Positions 35,676-45,614 of a DNA stretch of 64,000 bases are shown here, piece after piece. The stretch is from IMG/VR virus record IMGVR_UViG_3300009184_000029, positions 1 to 64,000 of that record. The stretch is one strand, 5' to 3'. How positions within the stretch are numbered: the stretch's first letter is position 1; the number at the start of each line of letters is the position of its first letter. A program made the position numbers and the translations under genes. The notes under the pieces were generated by a model. The model saw nothing but the letters and a program-made list of their open reading frames with translations. It searched no databases and had not been told where the DNA came from.

Positions 35676-36821
35676 ATGAGTGATTTAAAATTTATTATTA
35701 CTAAAGTTCTTAAAGAGGCTGTTGGAGTTCCTGATAATATTGATTTTGTTTCTGAACAAGTATTTAATAAATTTATTAAATCTATTGATAAAAATTCCGA
35801 TTTTTCAGACTTAGATGAGTCAATACATATAATTAAAGTAAATAAAGATATTGGTGATTTAAAAATCAAAAATGTAATTATAACTTTAAAATTAATGGAG
35901 GGTAAAAAAATTGAACCCGTAGCATATCAAAACGCGAGTCAGGCGAGACTAACTTTTGATTTAAGAGTTGAATATAGAAAATTTTCAGGAAATGTTGATA
36001 TTGAAATAATAATGGTATCACCTAAAAAAGTAACTGGGAAGGACATCATTAGTTTTTTTAAAAATGACAAGGCGGAAACTGTTGCAACACTGTCCCATGA
36101 ATTAAAACATACTTATGATAAACATAAGAAAAGTACTGAGGGAATGAAACAAAGAATAGACTATGACATATATTCTGAGAGAAACTTCCCAATATCTACT
36201 ATAAATAAATTTTTGATTTCGTTGTACTACACTACCGTTATTGAGAATTTAGTTAGAGCCCCTGAAGTTTACACAAATTTAAAATTGAAAGGTACTGAAC
36301 AAACTAATTTTTATGAAAATTTCATGGATAATCAAACGATAAAAAGATTGTTATTCATTAGAGATTATAGTTATGAAAATTTTATTCAAGATTTACGTGA
36401 AAATATTGAAGAGTGTAAACTTTTTCTAAAAATTATTAATAAGTTTGACAGTTCAAAAAGTGATGATGAAATCATACAGGATTGTTTAAAATATATTCAC
36501 TTAAACATTACTAATTGGAGAGTGGATAAAATTAATTTTTATTTTTCTCAGTACATTTTTTTAAATCCATTTAAACAAATGGATTTCTCTCAGAAATTTG
36601 AAAATGAAATTAAAAAATATCAAAATAATCCATCTGATTTTTTTAAAGATGAAATTGTTAGAATGAAAAATGTTGCGGGGAAAATGATTAAAAAAATATC
36701 AAAAGTTTATTCTTTGTTCAAAACAAACACCAACGAGTCAATACAAAACTTTGATTTGTACCATAAATACAAAAAAAATGAACAATCATATAGTAATAAA
36801 CTGAATAAAATAAAAAAATAA
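35676..36821 (+). CDS. Leader-bearing protein with HExxH motif (putative zinc metalloprotease)
   Basis: IITKVLKEAVG leader; TLSHELKHTYD; C-terminal TNES. Confidence 0.55.
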   Translation: MSDLKFIITKVLKEAVGVPDNIDFVSEQVFNKFIKSIDKNSDFSDLDESIHIIKVNKDIGDLKIKNVIITLKLMEGKKIEPVAYQNASQARLTFDLRVEYRKFSGNVDIEIIMVSPKKVTGKDIISFFKNDKAETVATLSHELKHTYDKHKKSTEGMKQRIDYDIYSERNFPISTINKFLISLYYTTVIENLVRAPEVYTNLKLKGTEQTNFYENFMDNQTIKRLLFIRDYSYENFIQDLRENIEECKLFLKIINKFDSSKSDDEIIQDCLKYIHLNITNWRVDKINFYFSQYIFLNPFKQMDFSQKFENEIKKYQNNPSDFFKDEIVRMKNVAGKMIKKISKVYSLFKTNTNESIQNFDLYHKYKKNEQSYSNKLNKIKK

Positions 36822-36834
36822 TATATTTATTATT

Positions 36835-37161
36835 ATGAGAAAAAGTTACAGTAAAATAAGACACATTCAAGAATCTAATACATTATTAGAAAATAGAAGA
36901 AGAACAATAATGGAACAAGTTCCTCCGGCTCCAGCACCTGCTGCAACACCCCCGACACCTGCTCCCGCACCTGTACCTGCGACACCACCTGCGACAGCAC
37001 CTGTACCAGGACCTAATCCACCCGCACCCGTATCTCAAGAGGTTGCCGATTGTACTCCAGGTGTTACAGGTTCTTTAGATGCTAACGGTATGTTAACAAA
37101 ACCTGATGGAACTAAATGTAAAGTTGTTTGTTTATCAGGAACACCTCCAACTGCAGGATAA
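36835..37161 (+). CDS. Pro/Ala-rich protein with leader (RHIQESNTLLE)
   Basis: PAPAPAATPP low-complexity linker after IME. Confidence 0.6.
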   Translation: MRKSYSKIRHIQESNTLLENRRRTIMEQVPPAPAPAATPPTPAPAPVPATPPATAPVPGPNPPAPVSQEVADCTPGVTGSLDANGMLTKPDGTKCKVVCLSGTPPTAG

Positions 37162-37183
37162 TTTTAAAAATATAGTATTTCTG

Positions 37184-37207
37184 AAAAACCCCTTTTGGGG
37201 TTTTTTT
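37184..37207 (+). terminator. Rho-independent terminator
   Basis: AAAAACCCC-TTTT-GGGGTTTTTTT. Confidence 0.85.
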
Positions 37208-37241
37208 ATTATATAAGATATTTATATTATATCAAAAAAAC

Positions 37242-37616
37242 ATGAAAAAAATTGTAAGACTTTCTGAGAACGATTTATTTAGAATAGTAAAAAAAGTTCT
37301 ATTAGAAGAAGAATTCGGTTATGTAACATCTGACCTAAAAGATTGTAAAATAGAGACTAATTCATTTAAATCAAAAAAAGAAGAAGACGTTATTAAAATT
37401 TTAAAAGGAGGGTCAACTAAGTTTAAGGTAACCGGAATTAACGGGGATGTTTATTTTAATGGTAAACAACATAAGTTAGGTGGAGCAATTTTAACTCCTA
37501 ATACTACAATAAAAATGGGACCAAACTCAAGTGTAAGAATGAGTGGTATGGGTATGCCAGAATGTTCTTTGAGATATACCCCTAACGGAATAGAATTTTC
37601 ACCACAATACGCATAA
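37242..37616 (+). CDS. Leader-bearing beta-rich protein (MKKIVRLSENDL)
   Basis: Leader C; body FecR-like by eye (KVTGINGDVYF...TIKMGPNSSVR). Confidence 0.6.
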   Translation: MKKIVRLSENDLFRIVKKVLLEEEFGYVTSDLKDCKIETNSFKSKKEEDVIKILKGGSTKFKVTGINGDVYFNGKQHKLGGAILTPNTTIKMGPNSSVRMSGMGMPECSLRYTPNGIEFSPQYA

Positions 37617-37617
37617 T

Positions 37618-38811
37618 ATGAAATTAATAATTACAGAAACTCAATTAAAATACTTAATAACTGAGGGTAAAGAGGTTATTGGGGGAACTTTTAGTACAGA
37701 CTTGGAGAACTCTCCAAAACATCATAGTAAAAGGGCTTTTGGTAATTGGCAATCTGATAATGCTTGGGATATTTTTTCACCTCCTGGTACTGTAGTTAAT
37801 TCCTACACTGAAGGAACTGTAAAACGTGTTAGAGTAACTAATAAAACGACAGGAAAAGTTTTTGGTACACAAATCACAGTTGAGGGTGAAAATGGTTATC
37901 CTGATATATTTTACACACATTTAAAAAATGTAAAATTAGAAAAAGGGGATAAGGTTAAAGTTGGTGATTATATTGGTGAAATATCTGAATGGGATACTGC
38001 ACCTAAGATAACTCACGTTCATATAGGACTTCCGGTTGGTCAACATTTAAGGGATTTATTAAATAAAAAAGATTCTAGTAAAATATTTTCAGGTGATAAA
38101 ACAGTTTCAAACACTGATGATGAAAAACCTGAAAATAAAGAATTTGAAAAATCATCTGAAGTAAAAAAAGATGAAAGAATTGAAAACGGTAAAGTTAAAA
38201 TCACTGGCAATTTTGATAGTGAACAACTTACTAACATTAATTTTTTAATTGATGAAATGAACAAAGAAGGTATAACTGACCCTTATGCTCAAGTTGGAAT
38301 ATTATCGGTTATTAAAAAAGAGTCAGGATTTAAACCAAAAAGTGAAGTGTCTTACCATAAAACAAGTAACGAAAGAATAAGAAAGTTATTTGGTAAAAGA
38401 GTTGCAAACTATAGTGATTCTGAATTAGACGAATTAAAGAAAGATGTTAAGAAATTCTTTAATGTGATTTACGCAAAGACAGTTGGTAATCAAGGTGGTA
38501 GTGATGGGTATAACTACAGAGGTAGAGGATTTAATCAGTTGACCGGAATTAAAAATTATGAAAAATACAGTAATATGATTGGTATGGGTAGTCAATTAGT
38601 CCAAGACCCTGATTTGGTTAATGACCCTAAAATTGCTGCGAAAATTGCTCTTAAATTTTTTACAAAAGGTAAACCAGCATCCGAATTTCCTAAATTTACT
38701 TCAAAAGAAGAAGCTGCGATTAAGTTTGCAGATATTAATGCAGGTGGTGGACGTAGTTCTCATAGAAATAGTGCATTAAAGGCTTCTGAAAATTTTGAAG
38801 TTGTTGCTTAA
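37618..38811 (+). CDS. Peptidoglycan hydrolase: M23 peptidase + GH19 lysozyme-like domain, with leader
   Basis: AWDIFSPPGT, YTHL, HVHIG (M23); KESGF, YNYRGRGFNQLTG..NY (GH19); MKLIITETQLKYLITE leader. Confidence 0.8.
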   Translation: MKLIITETQLKYLITEGKEVIGGTFSTDLENSPKHHSKRAFGNWQSDNAWDIFSPPGTVVNSYTEGTVKRVRVTNKTTGKVFGTQITVEGENGYPDIFYTHLKNVKLEKGDKVKVGDYIGEISEWDTAPKITHVHIGLPVGQHLRDLLNKKDSSKIFSGDKTVSNTDDEKPENKEFEKSSEVKKDERIENGKVKITGNFDSEQLTNINFLIDEMNKEGITDPYAQVGILSVIKKESGFKPKSEVSYHKTSNERIRKLFGKRVANYSDSELDELKKDVKKFFNVIYAKTVGNQGGSDGYNYRGRGFNQLTGIKNYEKYSNMIGMGSQLVQDPDLVNDPKIAAKIALKFFTKGKPASEFPKFTSKEEAAIKFADINAGGGRSSHRNSALKASENFEVVA

Positions 38812-38835
38812 AAATAAATCCTGAATAATTTAATA

Positions 38836-39441
38836 TTACTTAGAAAGGTGATTCATTAAAACCCCACCCAAAGCGGTAGCGTGTACCTGTAAGTGATTAA
38901 TAGATTCAATTTCCAATTTTGTTTTTCTTTTGGTATAATCAATCCCTAAAGTTCCTATGAACTTACCATCAATTGTTTTAATTGCGAATAAATAACCTGA
39001 TTTACAACCATTTTCTTCTGCGATATATTTTAAACCAAAAGTTGAGATTGATTCGTCTTTAAAATCAGGTATTTCTATAACATCATTCATTAATAATTCA
39101 TTTATTGATTTACTAAATAAATTAACTGGAATATTGTGAAAGTTTGATTGGATTGAATTCACACCAACATGAACAGTTTCGTAAATTACACTGAATTTCG
39201 CCATAGATTTACCTGTAGGATAAAAATTACCTCCGTTATGGAATTGAGTTATCCATACTCTATCGGCTTTAAATTCTTCTTTAATATGTTCTATTCTTGA
39301 TGTTACTAATTCTGAAACTTTAAGAGTCTCATGTACTAAATCAGGCTTAACTTTTCTCTTATTTAAATAATCTTTTGCTATAATTATTAATAGAGGACCT
39401 AATACTCCTGTTATAAAAGCTACAACTATTTCTATCGACAT
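38836..39441 (-). CDS. Single-TM protein with possible GAF-like soluble domain
   Basis: N-terminal TM; KADRVWITQFHNGG...GCKSGYLFAIKTIDGKFIGTLGIDY GAF-like strands. Confidence 0.6.
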   Translation of the reverse strand: MSIEIVVAFITGVLGPLLIIIAKDYLNKRKVKPDLVHETLKVSELVTSRIEHIKEEFKADRVWITQFHNGGNFYPTGKSMAKFSVIYETVHVGVNSIQSNFHNIPVNLFSKSINELLMNDVIEIPDFKDESISTFGLKYIAEENGCKSGYLFAIKTIDGKFIGTLGIDYTKRKTKLEIESINHLQVHATALGGVLMNHLSK

Positions 39442-39501
39442 AAACTAAATAATATATTTATAAATAATAAATATATTTTTTTTCAAAAAAAACAATAATA
39501 A

Positions 39502-39882
39502 ATGTCAGAATCTGCAGGAATAATAGTTAAAGTTAATGATGAAATTTTACTTTGTAAAAGAAGCGAAAGTGTAAATCATGGTGGATATTGGTCTCCACCT
39601 ATGGGTGGGGTTGAAAAAGGGGAATCCCCTGCCGAGGCGGCTGTCAGAGAATTTAAAGAAGAAACTAATATTAGTATAAAGGGTACTCTTAAAAAAATAA
39701 TAAAATTAGATAACAAAATCACAATTTTTTTAAGTGTGAAAAATACTAAAATAAAACCTGATTTAGATAAGGCTAAAGATGGGTTTGAACACAGTGAATG
39801 TGGTTATTTTAAAGATAAAGATTTAGACGATTTAAAAATAAGTCAAAAATTTTTAAAGGTATATAGAGAAATTTTAAATTAA
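39502..39882 (+). CDS. NUDIX hydrolase
   Basis: GGVEKGESPAEAAVREFKEETN Nudix box. Confidence 0.92.
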   Translation: MSESAGIIVKVNDEILLCKRSESVNHGGYWSPPMGGVEKGESPAEAAVREFKEETNISIKGTLKKIIKLDNKITIFLSVKNTKIKPDLDKAKDGFEHSECGYFKDKDLDDLKISQKFLKVYREILN

Positions 39883-39910
39883 CAATGTATTTATAATAAA
39901 ACGTATAACT

Positions 39911-40270
39911 ATGTCAAAAATTAACGAGTATCAATTAAATAAATTGGCCATTAGAATAAGTGAGTCAATGAAGAAAGAAAATAAAAAAGAGGTTAAAGAG
40001 TATGTAAATCCAAGTCCTATGGGTACTCCTGACGCTATTTTAACAATCATATTAACTGCAATTGGCATGTTGTCAGTTGCTGGTTCTCATATCATTGTAC
40101 CTTTTGTTAAAGGTATGATATCTAAACTAAAAGAGATGGGAGCGGATGAGGAAGCTGAAGAAGCTGAAACAAAACTGAAGATGAAGATGAAAAAAGGTAA
40201 AGGAATGGATGATGAAGAACGTTCAAAAATTAAAGAAAATTACCTAAGAAGAAAAAGAAGATTAAGATAA
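39911..40270 (+). CDS. Membrane-segment protein with (I/L)xE motifs
   Basis: KINE, RISES, C-terminal IKEN; central hydrophobic helix. Confidence 0.55.
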   Translation: MSKINEYQLNKLAIRISESMKKENKKEVKEYVNPSPMGTPDAILTIILTAIGMLSVAGSHIIVPFVKGMISKLKEMGADEEAEEAETKLKMKMKKGKGMDDEERSKIKENYLRRKRRLR

Positions 40271-40284
40271 TCATTTAATAAATG

Positions 40285-40317
40285 AAAAAACCTCACAAAT
40301 TTGTGAGGTTTTTTTTT
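40285..40317 (+). terminator. Rho-independent terminator
   Basis: AAAAAACCTCACAA-A-TTTGTGAGGTTTTTTTT. Confidence 0.85.
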
Positions 40318-40335
40318 GACTATCAAAATTTTTAT

Positions 40336-40343
40336 TATATTTG
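40336..40343 (+). promoter_or_regulatory. Bacteroidota -7 box TATATTTG
   Basis: Upstream of ATG 40360. Confidence 0.6.
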
Positions 40344-40359
40344 TGTAAATACTAATAAA

Positions 40360-40518
40360 ATGAAAATCAAATTAACCGCCTGCATGTGGGCATTAGCATT
40401 AAGTTTATTATTAATCTTCAACAGTCAAGATGATTTCTCATTTTACACTGGAATTGTATTAATAATCATCCAATCTCTTTTATGGGGAAATCTAATGGGT
40501 AAACTAAAAAATGATTAA
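40360..40518 (+). CDS. Small two-TM membrane protein
   Basis: Start reassigned; two hydrophobic segments. Confidence 0.55.
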   Translation: MKIKLTACMWALALSLLLIFNSQDDFSFYTGIVLIIIQSLLWGNLMGKLKND

Positions 40519-40940
40519 TTAACTGATAGTACTTCTAAATCAAAAATTAGAGTTTTACCTGCTAATGGGTGGTTAGCGTCTAATGATGCTACTCCGTCAC
40601 CAATCTCCATTACTTTAACTCTGATTGGACCCATATCGCTTTCTCCAATTAATTCATCCCCAACTTTAACATCTGTTGGTAACATGTCTAATTTAATGTC
40701 GCTGATTAATTCTCCGCGATATTCACCGTAGGCATTTTCTGACGTGATTGTTACAGTCTTCTTATCACCCTCTGACATATCGATTAGGCCGTCCTCAAAA
40801 CCTTTAATTAGTTCTCCGTTACCTACTGTAATGTTCAAAGGCTCTCTACCTTCGTTTAATGAGGAATCGAAAACCGTTCCGTCCTCAAGTCGTCCAGTAT
40901 AATTAACTGAAACTTTACTTCCTGTTTTAATTTTATTCAT
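40515..40940 (-). CDS. FKBP-type peptidyl-prolyl isomerase (SlyD/FkpB-like)
   Basis: VSVNYTGRLEDGTVFDSS, LIKGFEDGL, AYGE, DANHPLAGKTLIFDLEV. Confidence 0.93.
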   Translation of the reverse strand: MNKIKTGSKVSVNYTGRLEDGTVFDSSLNEGREPLNITVGNGELIKGFEDGLIDMSEGDKKTVTITSENAYGEYRGELISDIKLDMLPTDVKVGDELIGESDMGPIRVKVMEIGDGVASLDANHPLAGKTLIFDLEVLSVN

Positions 40941-41086
40941 AACCAATTATAATATTTTTTTAGTATTAGTTAAAGTAATTTACAAAATTAATTTTGGAAA
41001 TTAACACTAAAACTATAATATTTTTATTTCTATCCTTGTTAATAATGATAGTCCAAGTTTTTTGGAAATAATAATATTTATTAATT

Positions 41087-42493
41087 ATGAGAAAAATTAT
41101 TTCAGAAAGTGGTATAAGAAACATTAAAGAATTATCTGACAGATATAAAAAGGCAAAAATATATTTTCATATGGATTTAGACGGTGTAACTACCGCAATT
41201 GCCATGAAAAAATATTTGGAGGATAACGGAATTAGAGTTGTTGATTCTGAATTAATACAATATGGTGACAAAGAATGGTCGATAAAAAAACCTGATGCAT
41301 CAGGAGAAATAATGCCTGTTTTAGTAGACTTTGCCCACGGAAAACCGATGTTTGTAATTCATACTGACCACCATGACAGACAAGCTGGTGTAGAAAAGGA
41401 GACTTCTACAAATTTTAGACCATCAAGGTCAAATGTTGAAACGATATCACAAGTTGTATCACCTAAAGAATTATTTCCTAATAATGACATATCATTAATA
41501 TCTACAGTTGATTCAGCAAATTTTGCAAGTAATGACATATCGGTAGAAGAAGTAATGACATACGCATTCAAATTAGATAAAGATGAAGCGTTAAGAAAAA
41601 ATAAGTTTTTGTTAGGATTAGTTACTAATAAATTACTATTAGCATTTAAAAACAAACCCGGATTTTTAGAAACACTTGTTATGGAATGTTCTCCGTCATT
41701 GTTGAATATATATTTAACAATTAGAAAGATAATGAGGGAGAAAGGTTTTAGTGGGATTAAAGACTTAGAAAAAAATAGAGACAAGTATATTAAGGACATG
41801 TCTAAAAACCAAAAGGTTGAAATAATTGGTAATATAATTAGTCAGTATGGTGGGGGTTATATGGTACCTCAGGGGTCTTTTGATAGATATACCCCATTTA
41901 GAAATAATCCTGAAGCAGATTTTTTAGTGATGGCATGGCCTAACGGATTATTACAGGCATCCTGTAATCCATTTAAAAAAGAAAGAGAATTGAAAGGGGT
42001 TAATTTAGGTGAAATTGCCGAAGAAGTATTATCTAATTATGAGTCAGAACTAAAAAGTAAAAAAATACCTTTATCGACTATTAAATGGATTTCAGAATTA
42101 AAGGCAAATGATAATTCTGTAGGTTTTACATTTAAGGATTTTGCTGCAATTTATGGTGAAAAAATATTAGATTTAGATAACGGTTTCAAATATATTGTTG
42201 AAATTAAAAAAATGATGTCAAAATTATTTTCTGAGTTAACAGAAAATGAACTTAGATTTTTAGATAAAATAGGTATAAGTGCTTGGGATTTTATAAGTGC
42301 CAATTCTGGTGGACATAAATGTATTACGAATATTTCAGGATTAAATTATATTAATAGAAGTAATAGACCACCATCAGATAAACGAACCGGTTCAAAATCT
42401 GAAGGGGATATTTATTTTATATCTTTACTAAAAAATATGCAAAAAGATTTTGTGGATATTTTACAGGAAAAAATAAATGAGTCTAAATATTAA
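41087..42493 (+). CDS. DHH-family phosphoesterase with leader (MRKIISES)
   Basis: FHMDLDG, LVDF, TDHHD, RPSRSN, SGGH. Confidence 0.7.
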   Translation: MRKIISESGIRNIKELSDRYKKAKIYFHMDLDGVTTAIAMKKYLEDNGIRVVDSELIQYGDKEWSIKKPDASGEIMPVLVDFAHGKPMFVIHTDHHDRQAGVEKETSTNFRPSRSNVETISQVVSPKELFPNNDISLISTVDSANFASNDISVEEVMTYAFKLDKDEALRKNKFLLGLVTNKLLLAFKNKPGFLETLVMECSPSLLNIYLTIRKIMREKGFSGIKDLEKNRDKYIKDMSKNQKVEIIGNIISQYGGGYMVPQGSFDRYTPFRNNPEADFLVMAWPNGLLQASCNPFKKERELKGVNLGEIAEEVLSNYESELKSKKIPLSTIKWISELKANDNSVGFTFKDFAAIYGEKILDLDNGFKYIVEIKKMMSKLFSELTENELRFLDKIGISAWDFISANSGGHKCITNISGLNYINRSNRPPSDKRTGSKSEGDIYFISLLKNMQKDFVDILQEKINESKY

Positions 42494-43202
42494 TATCAAA
42501 CTCATATATTACACTATTGATAAAATCTTCAATATTTAAACCAAATCTAAAATCAATATTATAATTTTTTAAATCGAACATAAATGTTCCTTGAGACCCT
42601 TCATTAATTTCCCATCCTGAACCAACATAATTACTTATTAACTCGTATAGGTAATCTTCTAAATCGGCAGGTATTGCAAAAATTGAATCATTTGAATCTC
42701 GCCCTGACTCAATATATCCACTATCTCCCGAACCTTCAAATTGAACGTCAAATGTTTCAATTTTTCTTTCTTTTTTTACTTCATTTAATGTGTCTATAAT
42801 ATTTTCCGGTAGGTTATCCTTATCAATTTTTACATACTGACTATCAGTATCATAAAATTGTAATGACTGACTTATCTTTACTTTATTATTTTTAAAATCA
42901 AATAAAAATGATAATTGACAATATCCTGTAATGTCATAACCGCTGGACTCATCCCAATCAATAATATCAAAATTATCTTCCGCAAATTCGCTAAATACGA
43001 AATCTAAATATTTTCTAACATCTTCAGGAAATTTAATACCATAGACATAGAAATTATAATCAAGGTGATTGTCTCCGTCATACACTGAAAAATTTTGTTC
43101 AAATTTATCATGTCCATAAGACATACAGATGTATTTAATTTTTTTTAACATCTTTTTTGAATCGTCACCTTTCAAATAGTTTTCCAATAATTTAATTTCC
43201 AT
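42483..43202 (-). CDS. Hypothetical protein, DUF6878-like C-terminal domain
   Basis: FEGSGDSGYIE...GWEINEGSQGTF motif (recall, unverified). Confidence 0.55.
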   Translation of the reverse strand: MEIKLLENYLKGDDSKKMLKKIKYICMSYGHDKFEQNFSVYDGDNHLDYNFYVYGIKFPEDVRKYLDFVFSEFAEDNFDIIDWDESSGYDITGYCQLSFLFDFKNNKVKISQSLQFYDTDSQYVKIDKDNLPENIIDTLNEVKKERKIETFDVQFEGSGDSGYIESGRDSNDSIFAIPADLEDYLYELISNYVGSGWEINEGSQGTFMFDLKNYNIDFRFGLNIEDFINSVIYEFDINI

Positions 43203-43214
43203 ATGTATAAATAT

Positions 43215-43568
43215 TTAATCTTCAAATTCTAATTTAATCGTTTTCAACATCCAAATAGGCTTTTCATTTTTTTCAATTGCCATTAACCATTCTTTTGCCG
43301 AAGGAATGTAGTTATTACAATCTTCCTTCACATGTTGTTCACCTACGTATCTTGTATAAACTACTTTGTCGTCACTATTTGTAAAAGAGGTACCAAATTT
43401 TTTTTCCATTTCAAAAATACCCTCACTATGATGTCTAAACATCCTGTGTATTGAATGTCCGTACCAAGATTTAGTTTCATCTAACCATTCATGTAGATGG
43501 ATATAGTCTTCCCATTTTCCACCAAATTTTTTTGCTGAACTTTTAGAATGTAAAATAGGATGGGCCAT
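43215..43568 (-). CDS. DUF6915-like His-rich protein
   Basis: MAHPILHSKSSAKKFGG...HEWLD...HRMFRHHSEGIFE...EQHVKED (recall, unverified). Confidence 0.65.
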   Translation of the reverse strand: MAHPILHSKSSAKKFGGKWEDYIHLHEWLDETKSWYGHSIHRMFRHHSEGIFEMEKKFGTSFTNSDDKVVYTRYVGEQHVKEDCNNYIPSAKEWLMAIEKNEKPIWMLKTIKLEFED

Positions 43569-43839
43569 TAGAGTGGTCTATTGAAGTTGTTATTATTATA
43601 TCTTTATCTTTACCTGTAAATTTCCAAGCATCTGTTATTAAAATTTCTAATCCATATGGATAAATGTCTATTGCTTGATAATGATTGGTTGGGACTAATT
43701 TTGCGGAAACCGACCATTTTTTAGTATTGGTTGAAAGAAAACAAGATTCAATTATTATTTTAGAATCTTTACCAAAATACTCATCTATCTCTGTTTTATA
43801 GAGTTTATTTATCGTCCTTTCAAGATATTTTTTGGTCAT
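43543..43839 (-). CDS. Hypothetical protein
   Basis: ORF in minus-strand run. Confidence 0.55.
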   Translation of the reverse strand: MTKKYLERTINKLYKTEIDEYFGKDSKIIIESCFLSTNTKKWSVSAKLVPTNHYQAIDIYPYGLEILITDAWKFTGKDKDIIITTSIDHSNGPSYFTF

Positions 43840-44273
43840 TAATTAATCCAAGAGTTAATGTTTAAAAATCCATATTTATTTAAATGATATAAATTTACAA
43901 TAAGTAAAAATATTGGAATCCAAAGAGTTGTACTGTCAAGACAAACATGGTACATAACAATACCAAAATTTATAGGTAGAAGTAAAAATGGTGAAACCCT
44001 TAGACCGAATCCTCTTATAAATGATATCCCACAATAAATTTGAATAATTGCAATTGAAGGTAATATGAACCCTGAATGTTCCACACCCTCCCAAAATAAC
44101 CGAGTGTGTTCAGGATGTGCGATTTTAAATAGACCAATTAATTGATTTAATCCTGCAATAAAATAAATTATTCCATAAATAAATCTAAAAATTTTGCCGA
44201 AAGGAATTTCAGAGATAAACGACTCTCTTATCCTATCAAAGGATTCTTCTAATGATGATAAATTTTTTTCCAT
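43839..44273 (-). CDS. DoxX-like membrane protein
   Basis: IFRFIYGIIYFIAGLNQL, LLLPINFGIVMYH; about four hydrophobic segments. Confidence 0.65.
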   Translation of the reverse strand: MEKNLSSLEESFDRIRESFISEIPFGKIFRFIYGIIYFIAGLNQLIGLFKIAHPEHTRLFWEGVEHSGFILPSIAIIQIYCGISFIRGFGLRVSPFLLLPINFGIVMYHVCLDSTTLWIPIFLLIVNLYHLNKYGFLNINSWIN

Positions 44274-44324
44274 AATAATATATAACAAAAATAACAATTT
44301 GTCACATTAATTCAAGTCAAAAAA

Positions 44325-44465
44325 TTATCTTCCCTGTCCTCTATATTGTTTTTTATAATTTTTAGACTTTTTATTTGAAGTTTGTTTTTTAGAGAACTTA
44401 CCAACTCTCTTAGTTCCAAAATTTATTTTACTACTACTTGCGGATTTTGTTATTTTTTGAGCCAT
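44325..44465 (-). CDS. Small basic protein MAQKITK...KKQYRGQGR (46 aa, not in ORF track)
   Basis: Manual translation; C-terminal K..YRGQG motif recalled from small conserved phage proteins. Confidence 0.7.
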   Translation of the reverse strand: MAQKITKSASSSKINFGTKRVGKFSKKQTSNKKSKNYKKQYRGQGR

Positions 44466-44555
44466 AATTTTGTTTTACTATAATTATTACCTACAATATA
44501 ATATTTATCATAAAAGAACTTAGGTTCATAAATTTTAAATCCACATAAATGGATA

Positions 44556-44759
44556 GTGATGACTTGGAGACAAATATTCCACAAGAACGTGGCAACATAC
44601 TGTCTAATGGTTGGGATGTTTTTCAACCCCTTAGGCTTCGACATCATTTTCAAAATGATTCTAGACTCGACAAATTCCTATTGGATTACCACAGGGATTT
44701 TTTATGGTATATCTCTATCATTTTTTGGGTTATATTTCTTTTTTCGTAAAAAACAATGA
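44556..44759 (+). CDS. Small two-TM membrane protein
   Basis: FFNPLGFD motif between hydrophobic segments; ATGA overlap with next gene. Confidence 0.55.
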   Translation: MMTWRQIFHKNVATYCLMVGMFFNPLGFDIIFKMILDSTNSYWITTGIFYGISLSFFGLYFFFRKKQ

Positions 44760-45346
44760 AACTTAATAAAATTATATTAGAGTCTGTAAATGATAAAATT
44801 AATATGTCTGAAGGATTAATATTTCATATTAAAAATGAGATACCAATTACCGAAAACATATATAGACCAAACTCTAAATTTTTTTTAGAATTGTTTAATG
44901 AAGTTAGAAAATTAAATAAATTAGGTGTAATTTACCTTAATGAAAATGAAGAAGAGGTAATCAATACTGAAATTGGTAAGAGAGTTAAATTATCAAATGG
45001 TAAAGTAGTTAATTTAGATTTACCATATGTAATCCAAGATTTGAATGAGGCCGATTATAATGGTAAAAATGTACAACTAAATAGACCAATGAGAAATTCA
45101 GGTGGTAATAAAAAATATGTTGTATATGTGAAAAACCCATCCTCAGGTAAAGTAAAAAAAATATCTTTTGGTGATGTACACGGAGGATTGACTGCAAAAG
45201 TTTCTAACGCACAAGCCAGAAAATCATTCGCCGCAAGACACCAATGTCATAATAAGAAAGATAAGACAAAGGCAGGATATTGGGCGTGTAGAATAAATAG
45301 ATACGGTCATTTATGGGGTGGAAAGACCTATCCAGGGTATTGGTAA
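44756..45346 (+). CDS. Conserved phage protein with basic C-terminal domain
   Basis: KIILES and LNEA motifs; KKYVVYVKNP..GKVKKISFGD...ARKSFAARHQC..KTKAGYWAC. Confidence 0.7.
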   Translation: MKLNKIILESVNDKINMSEGLIFHIKNEIPITENIYRPNSKFFLELFNEVRKLNKLGVIYLNENEEEVINTEIGKRVKLSNGKVVNLDLPYVIQDLNEADYNGKNVQLNRPMRNSGGNKKYVVYVKNPSSGKVKKISFGDVHGGLTAKVSNAQARKSFAARHQCHNKKDKTKAGYWACRINRYGHLWGGKTYPGYW

Positions 45347-45347
45347 T

Positions 45348-45614
45348 ATGAAACCATATCAAGACTCAAAAATTAATAATAACGAAAAAATTCGTACCTT
45401 TACTCAAGAAATTGATTCAGGTGAATTGATGTGGCATAGAGATAGAAAAGACAGGATTGTTGAAATAATTGAGAGTGATGGGTGGAAATTACAATTAGAT
45501 AACGAACTTCCTATTGATATGACAGTAGGTAAAAAATACTTTATACCCGAAGGGATTTATCATAGAACAATTAAAGGTAACGGTAATTTGGTGATTAAGA
45601 TAATTGAGAATTAA
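45348..45614 (+). CDS. Cupin-like small protein
   Basis: ELMWHRD...WKLQLD...YFIPEGIYHRTIKG. Confidence 0.65.
   Translation: MKPYQDSKINNNEKIRTFTQEIDSGELMWHRDRKDRIVEIIESDGWKLQLDNELPIDMTVGKKYFIPEGIYHRTIKGNGNLVIKIIEN

Noticed and set aside
44549-44749. Alternative frame ORF MDSDDLET overlapping 44556-44759
   Set aside because: The other frame gives a coherent two-TM protein and an ATGA overlap with the next gene.
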